Positions 19,606 to 32,000 of a stretch of 32,000 bases of DNA are shown one piece after another. A program made the translations under genes and the position numbers. The notes beneath the pieces are model-generated. The model did no database searches. It was not told the DNA's origin and saw only the letters and a program-made list of their open reading frames with translations. Source of the DNA: Acidobacteriota bacterium (lineage in GTDB: Bacteria; Acidobacteriota; JAAYUB01). Every line of letters starts with the position of its first letter. The first letter of the stretch is position 1. Where the stretch lies: the NCBI GenBank assembly GCA_018001935.1, contig JAGNHB010000046.1:1-32000 (forward strand), read 5' to 3'.

Positions 19606-21078
19606 ATGGAAAAGATCGTCAAGGAAGGCCTCACGTTCGACGACGTGCTCCTCATCCCGGGGAAGTCCTCGGTCCTGCCCTCGGAAACCGACATCTCCAC
19701 GCCGTTGACGAAGGACATCCGCCTCAACATCCCGCTCCTGTCCGCCGCCATGGACACCGTTACGGAGGCGGTGATGGCCAAGGCCCTCGCCGAGGAGGGC
19801 GGAATCGGTTTCATCCACAAGAACATGAGCATTGAGGAGCAGTGCAACGAGGTGGACATCGTCAAGCGCTCCATCAGCGGCATGATCCTCAACCCGGTCA
19901 CCATCTCCCCGGGGATGCGCATCCAGGACGCCGTGGACCTCATGGACAAGTACAAGATCTCCGGCATCCCGGTGACGGAGGGGCCGGTGCTGGTGGGGAT
20001 CCTCACCAACCGCGACCTGCGCTTCGAGACCCGCATGGACGCCCTGGTGGGCGACCTCATGACCAAGGAGCGCCTGGTGACGGCCGCCATCGGCACCTCC
20101 CTGGAGGACGCCAAGAAATTGCTTCACGCCCACCGCATCGAGAAGCTCCTCATCGTGGACGAGGGCTTCCACCTCAAGGGCCTGATCACCATCAAGGACA
20201 TCCAGAAGCTCATCGCCTACCCCAACGCCTGCAAGGACCGCCACGGGCGCCTCCTGGTGGGGGCCGCGGTCGGGGTCGGGCCCGACGGGATGGAGCGCGC
20301 CGAGGCCCTGGTGGCGGCGGGGGCCGACATCATCGCCATCGACACCGCCCACGGGCACTCCGCCGGCGTCCTGAAGGCCGTGGCGGAGTTCAAGAAGCGC
20401 TTCCCGGCCGTGCCGCTCATGGCGGGGAACGTGGGGACGGCGGAAGCGGTCACGGACCTGGCGGCGGCGGGCGCCGACGTGGTGAAGGTCGGGATCGGCC
20501 CCGGCTCCATCTGCACCACCCGCGTGGTCTCCGGCGCCGGCGTGCCCCAGATCACCGCCGTCCTGGAGTGCGCCGAGGCGGCCGCGCGCCACGGGGTCAC
20601 CGTGGTGGCCGACGGCGGGATCAAGTACTCCGGCGACATCAGCAAGGCCCTGGCGGCGGGCGCCGGCGTGGTCATGATCGGTTCCCTCTTCGCCGGCACC
20701 GACGAGAGCCCCGGCGAGGTCATCTACTACCAGAACCGGGCCTACAAGGCCTACCGCGGCATGGGGTCCCTGGGCGCCATGAAACGGGGGAGCGCCGACC
20801 GCTATTTCCAGGAGAAGAGCCAGTCCCTGGCCAAGCTGGTCCCCGAGGGCGTCGAGGGGCGCGTGCCGTACAAGGGGAGCGTCCGCAACGTCATCTTCCA
20901 GCTCATGGGCGGCCTCAAGGCGGGGATGGGCTACTGCGGCTGCGCCGACCTGGCGGACTTCCGCGCGCGCTCCCGCTTCATCCGCATCACCAACAGCGGC
21001 CTGCGCGAGTCCCACGTCCACGACGTCATCGTCACCCAGGAGGCCCCCAACTACAAGGTGGAATCCCCCACCGCGTGA
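19606..21078 (+). CDS. guaB: Inosine-5'-monophosphate dehydrogenase with CBS domains
   Basis: [101 protein letters not shown]. Start refined to ATG at 19606. Confidence 0.97.
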   Translation: MEKIVKEGLTFDDVLLIPGKSSVLPSETDISTPLTKDIRLNIPLLSAAMDTVTEAVMAKALAEEGGIGFIHKNMSIEEQCNEVDIVKRSISGMILNPVTISPGMRIQDAVDLMDKYKISGIPVTEGPVLVGILTNRDLRFETRMDALVGDLMTKERLVTAAIGTSLEDAKKLLHAHRIEKLLIVDEGFHLKGLITIKDIQKLIAYPNACKDRHGRLLVGAAVGVGPDGMERAEALVAAGADIIAIDTAHGHSAGVLKAVAEFKKRFPAVPLMAGNVGTAEAVTDLAAAGADVVKVGIGPGSICTTRVVSGAGVPQITAVLECAEAAARHGVTVVADGGIKYSGDISKALAAGAGVVMIGSLFAGTDESPGEVIYYQNRAYKAYRGMGSLGAMKRGSADRYFQEKSQSLAKLVPEGVEGRVPYKGSVRNVIFQLMGGLKAGMGYCGCADLADFRARSRFIRITNSGLRESHVHDVIVTQEAPNYKVESPTA

Positions 21079-21093
21079 CCACCGAGGGGATTT

Positions 21094-21275
21094 GAACCAC
21101 GAAATACACGGAATACACGAAAGGAGATGAAGCCTGGAAATCCACGAACAGGTTTTCAAAGGCGAGGGATGATGTTCAAGAAGGCCACCATTCATCGGGG
21201 CGGACCCCTGAACCCCTTCAGCCTAAACCGTTAAAAGCCTGTTCTTGAACCACGAACCACACCAACCACACGAAC
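21094..21275. repeat. Left copy of a ~180 bp imperfect inverted repeat
   Basis: gaaccacgaaatacacggaatacacgaaaggag...cccttcagcctaaaccgttaaaagcctgttcttgaaccacgaaccacaccaaccacacgaac; its reverse complement matches 23187-23367. Confidence 0.88.
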
Positions 21276-21367
21276 AGGGGCCCTGGGGTTGCAGCCCCGT
21301 AACTGGTGACGCAGGCTCCGGCCTGCGCGGGAAAACAAAGCAAACCCGGAAGCAGAGGTCGGCTGAT

Positions 21368-22231
21368 ATGGAACTAACTTCCCGTGTGAAAATCGGGCTG
21401 CTCCTTCTGGTATGTCTGGCCATCCCGGGGCTTTTCTGGGGTTGCGGGGAGCAACCCGCCCCGCTTCCGGCTTTCACCTGGTGGGATTACAGGCCGTTCC
21501 CTTTGTTGCGGCTGCCGAAAACGCAGTTGGGTACACTGCTGCCGGTCAGACCTCATGGCAACATCTTTCTGACGCTGGACGCCCACGCTGTCCCTTTTCT
21601 CGGCAACAAGCGCATGGTTGATCTGGGGGATCTGTCCGCGCGAATACGTCGATGGAAGGAAATGGAGAGCATTGGACAACCGACCGGTCCCGGACCCCTG
21701 ACTCCGTTATTGTCGCCCTGGAAGCCGGACGGGCGGGACGCCCAGGCCCTGATCGCCCTCGACCCGGCCCTGAAATTCGCCCAGGTGCGCCTCCTGCTCT
21801 CGGCGTGCAGGGCCGCCGGGCTGCCCGACGCCGCCCTGGTCGCCCGTCGGGTTTCTCCCCCCGTAACCATTCCCGATCCGGATGACGAGCTGCTTTTCTG
21901 TCTCAGGTTCCGATGGGAGGAAATCTCCGCGAAGTTTGAGGCTCTCGATTTGCGGCAAGTCCCCCTCTGCAGCTATGCGATCAATTTCCGGACCTCGGCG
22001 TCGCCGGATTCAAGCCCCTGGATCGAACTGACCGCGCAGGGATTGTCTCCCGCGCTTCGGGTTACCGACGGACCCAGGCAAGCGGGGGGTTTAACAAAAG
22101 GACCGGAAGAAACCGGGACGGGTGTAATCTGCATCCATCCCCGGGATGACGCCACCGTGGCCGCTTTTTTCCGGGCGCTCGAGGAATCCGCGAGACAGGG
22201 ATACCAAGCCGTCCTGATTGAAGTAGAATAA
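21368..22231 (+). CDS. Putative secreted lipoprotein, possibly related to the periplasmic part of ExbD/TolR
   Basis: Likely start MELTSRVKIGLLLLVCLAIPGLFWGCGEQ (signal plus possible lipobox Cys). Segments HGNIFLTLDAHAVPFLGNKRMVDLGDLSARI and ALIALDPALKFAQVRLLLSACRAAGLPDAALVAR resemble the ExbD periplasmic fold. Family assignment is tentative. Confidence 0.45.
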   Translation: MELTSRVKIGLLLLVCLAIPGLFWGCGEQPAPLPAFTWWDYRPFPLLRLPKTQLGTLLPVRPHGNIFLTLDAHAVPFLGNKRMVDLGDLSARIRRWKEMESIGQPTGPGPLTPLLSPWKPDGRDAQALIALDPALKFAQVRLLLSACRAAGLPDAALVARRVSPPVTIPDPDDELLFCLRFRWEEISAKFEALDLRQVPLCSYAINFRTSASPDSSPWIELTAQGLSPALRVTDGPRQAGGLTKGPEETGTGVICIHPRDDATVAAFFRALEESARQGYQAVLIEVE

Positions 22232-22343
22232 ACACTTGAGCCGCTGGTTGCAGGCCAGGTTGTGTTGCGTATCAGATTTTAGGAACGGACGGGAAAGGCA
22301 ATTGAAAAAAAAGCCGTAAACCTCATGGAGGCAAGGAGGGAAG

Positions 22344-22811
22344 ATGCGTCGAATCAGGGTGTATGTCGACACTTCCGTATTCGGGGGAATTGAAGACGAG
22401 GAGTTCTCGGATGCGAGTCGGCGGTTTTTCCAACGGGTAGCAGAAGGTGATTATATTGTCTTGATTTCCGAGGAGACCTATCGAGAGCTATCGAAATCAC
22501 CGGAATCAGTTCGTGACATTTTAACGGCTCTACCGTCCGGGTCTCTGGAAGACGTTCTTATCGAATCCGAGACACTTGAATTGGCCGCTGAGTACATCCG
22601 ATCCGGAATACTTGGCGAGGCTTCACGAGGGGATGCGTTGCACGTGGCCGCCGCAACCGTGGCTGGTGCGGACCTCATTCTGAGCTGGAATTTCAAACAC
22701 ATCGTGAATTATAATCGAATCAGGAGATTCAATGGGGTGAATGTCCTGCTGGGCTATCGTTCGATGACGATTCTGAGCCCACGAGAGGTGGGAGATGAAT
22801 CCGAAGAATAA
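22344..22811 (+). CDS. PIN-domain protein (VapC-like putative toxin)
   Basis: MRRIRVYVDTSVFGG (first acidic residue), SEETYRELSKSPE, SRGDALHVAAATVAGADLILSWNFKHIVN (second acidic cluster); AAGGAGGGAAG ATG Shine-Dalgarno. Confidence 0.8.
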   Translation: MRRIRVYVDTSVFGGIEDEEFSDASRRFFQRVAEGDYIVLISEETYRELSKSPESVRDILTALPSGSLEDVLIESETLELAAEYIRSGILGEASRGDALHVAAATVAGADLILSWNFKHIVNYNRIRRFNGVNVLLGYRSMTILSPREVGDESEE

Positions 22812-23019
22812 AAAGTTCGATTGCGTAGAGATGAAAAACCGGGTTCAGGCAGAACTGATGCGGGAATACGAAGCCCGAAAGTCGGAATTTCCGTCCTACG
22901 AGAGTTTCATCGTCGCCACTGCGGACCAGGACCCCTGGATCGTCTCTGTGCGGGAAAAGATCCGGAAAACCTCCCAAAAAACCAAGTCTACAATACACTC
23001 CCGGAAGAGTGCCGTCTGA
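22795..23019 (+). CDS. Small protein overlapping the PIN gene; candidate antitoxin partner
   Basis: 74 aa MNPKNKKFDCVEMKNRVQAELMREYEARKSEFPSYESFIVATADQDPWIVSVREKI; ATG overlaps the end of the PIN gene by 17 nt. Confidence 0.6.
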   Translation: MNPKNKKFDCVEMKNRVQAELMREYEARKSEFPSYESFIVATADQDPWIVSVREKIRKTSQKTKSTIHSRKSAV

Positions 23020-23186
23020 ACATCGGGGTCCGGCAGATGGTTGAGACCCTTGACCGGGCCCGGCGTGCTGGGGTCGAGGATACCTTCCTGATTCCGGCTC
23101 CTGGAGCTCGACGAGGTCCGCTACGCCATGGAAGGCGATGCGGTTGCCCGCTTCTCACGTTGAATCCCTGCTCAGTTCCAGCTATA

Positions 23187-23367
23187 GTTCGTGTGGTTGG
23201 TGTGGTTCGTGGTTCAAGAATAGGCTGTTAGCGGTTTAGGCTGAAGGGGTTTAGGATTTGACCCGATGAATCGTGGCTTTCCTCAACGTCGTCCCTCGAC
23301 TTTGAAGACCTTTTCGTAGGGCTCCTGGTTTCTTCTCCTTTCGTGTATTCCGTGTATTTCGTGGTTC
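23187..23367. repeat. Right copy of the ~180 bp imperfect inverted repeat
   Basis: gttcgtgtggttggtgtggttcgtggttcaagaataggctgttagcggtttaggctgaagggg...tcgtgtattccgtgtatttcgtggttc, reverse complement of 21094-21275 with scattered differences. Confidence 0.88.
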
Positions 23368-23417
23368 CTTTCTTTCGTGTATCTCGTGGTTGATAACGCA
23401 TCGTTTTGGAGGTTGAG

Positions 23418-24152
23418 ATGACCCGGTTGAGTGTGAACGTGAACAAGATCGCCCTCCTGCGCAACGCGCGGGGGCCGCTGGCGGAGCCGAACCTGATGGC
23501 CCTCGTCCACAAGATCGTGGGCTGGGGCGCCGACGGCATCACCGTCCACCCGCGGGCGGACCGGCGCCACATCACTCCCGACGACGCCCGGGACGTGGCG
23601 CGGGAGGTGACGAGCGTGGAGACCAATTTCGAGGGGGACGTCCGCGAGGAGTTCCTGGAACTGGTCCTCGCGTGCCGACCCACCCAGTGCACCCTGGTGC
23701 CCGTCAAGCCCGGGGAGCTGACCTCCAACCACGGCTGGGAGTGCGGGCAGTGGGGCTACCTGCTCACGCCGGTGGTGGCCGAGCTGCACCGGGCCGGTGT
23801 CCGCACCAGCATCTTCGTGGAGCCCGACGCTGTCGCGGTGGAGCGGGCCGCCGGCACCGGCACCGACCGGGTGGAGCTCTACACCGAGCCCTACGCCCGG
23901 GCCTTCCGGGAAGGGAACCCGGGGCCCGAGGTCCGCCGGATCGTGGCCGCCGCCGAGGCCGCCCGTCGGCGTGGCATCGCCCTCAACGCCGGCCACGACC
24001 TCACCACCGCCAACCTGGGGATGCTGCTGGACGCGGTGCCGGACATCGCGGAGGTCTCGATCGGCCACCACCTCGTGGCCCAGGCCCTGGAGGACGGCCT
24101 CGAGCGCACGGTGAAGCAGTTCCTCGCCATCTGCCACCGGCCGAGGCCATGA
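23418..24152 (+). CDS. pdxJ: Pyridoxine 5'-phosphate synthase
   Basis: MTRLSVNVNKIALLRNARGPLAEPNLM, GADGITVHPRADRRHITPDDARDV, FEGDVREEFLELV, QCTLVPVKPGELTSNHGW, NAGHDLTTANLGMLLDAVPDIAEVSIGHHLVAQAL. Confidence 0.95.
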   Translation: MTRLSVNVNKIALLRNARGPLAEPNLMALVHKIVGWGADGITVHPRADRRHITPDDARDVAREVTSVETNFEGDVREEFLELVLACRPTQCTLVPVKPGELTSNHGWECGQWGYLLTPVVAELHRAGVRTSIFVEPDAVAVERAAGTGTDRVELYTEPYARAFREGNPGPEVRRIVAAAEAARRRGIALNAGHDLTTANLGMLLDAVPDIAEVSIGHHLVAQALEDGLERTVKQFLAICHRPRP

Positions 24153-24204
24153 CGGGGCGTGGAAGGAAAGGCAAAGCCCCGAGACAAGGCGCCCTGACCC
24201 GAAG

Positions 24205-24362
24205 GGCTCAAAGGACCCAAAGGACCCAAAGGACATAAAGGACATAAAGGACATAAAGGACATGAGAGGCCCGAAAGGCTGAGGGGGCCCGGCACGGGCT
24301 TTCACTTCGTCCTTCTGGTCCTTTTGGTCCTTTGGGTCCTTTTGGTCCTTTTGTCTCTTTCG
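24205..24362. terminator. Low-complexity (AAAGGACCC)n / (ggacataaa)n array with inverse-complement partner between convergent genes; possible bidirectional terminator
   Basis: aaaggacccaaaggacccaaaggacataaaggacataaaggacataaaggac (24210-24262) and gtccttctggtccttttggtcctttgggtccttttggtcc (24309-24348) are mutually complementary; lies between pdxJ(+) and the NRPS(-). Confidence 0.55.
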
Positions 24363-24373
24363 CCCCCCGTCGC

Positions 24374-31999
<7,626 letters not shown>

Positions 32000-32000
32000 G

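Noticed and set aside
19393-21195. 600-aa - strand ORF antisense to guaB
   Set aside because: Compositionally biased translation with no motifs, opposite a well-conserved gene.
21245-21367. N-terminal MNHEPHQPHEQGPWGCSPVTGDAG extension of the ExbD-like ORF
   Set aside because: Encoded partly by the dispersed repeat (ccacgaaccacaccaaccacacgaac); the real start is more likely ATG 21368 followed by a signal peptide.
24205-24362. Possible CRISPR array
   Set aside because: Repeat units are ~9 nt with no spacers; no cas genes. Best viewed as a low-complexity array or hairpin.

Overview
GC-rich bacterial window, compact gene layout. From left to right: a secreted S8 (subtilisin-like) protease (-); a polytopic membrane protein (-); a secreted amidohydrolase (-); a CPBP-type membrane protease (+); a small membrane protein (-); a uridine phosphorylase-like protein (-); then a tight + strand run of isoaspartyl dipeptidase-like amidohydrolase, SAM hydroxide adenosyltransferase family protein, an orphan NuoG-like Fe-S protein, a RecQ-family helicase fused to a C-terminal phosphoribosyltransferase (PRTase)-like domain, a DprA/Smf protein overlapping it by ATGA, and MiaA. 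After this come IMP dehydrogenase (guaB), a possible ExbD-like lipoprotein, a PIN-domain protein with a small overlapping partner, PdxJ, and (-) the 3' part of a large NRPS gene that runs off the right edge. The two most interesting items are: (1) the NRPS, read as [partial C]-A-T-C-A-T-thioester reductase followed by a C-terminal cyclic-nucleotide-binding-like (CRP/cNMP) domain, which is an unusual terminus; (2) the RecQ-PRTase + DprA gene pair, a candidate nucleic-acid processing or defence-like module. The intergenic regions hold several dispersed repeat families, including a ~180 bp imperfect inverted repeat flanking the lipoprotein/PIN cassette, two copies of a hairpin repeat (one abutting a CHAT-domain remnant), GATACC/GACCCC hexamer-like tracts, and AAAGGACC-type arrays. 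All calls come from reading the sequence and translations; no database search was run.
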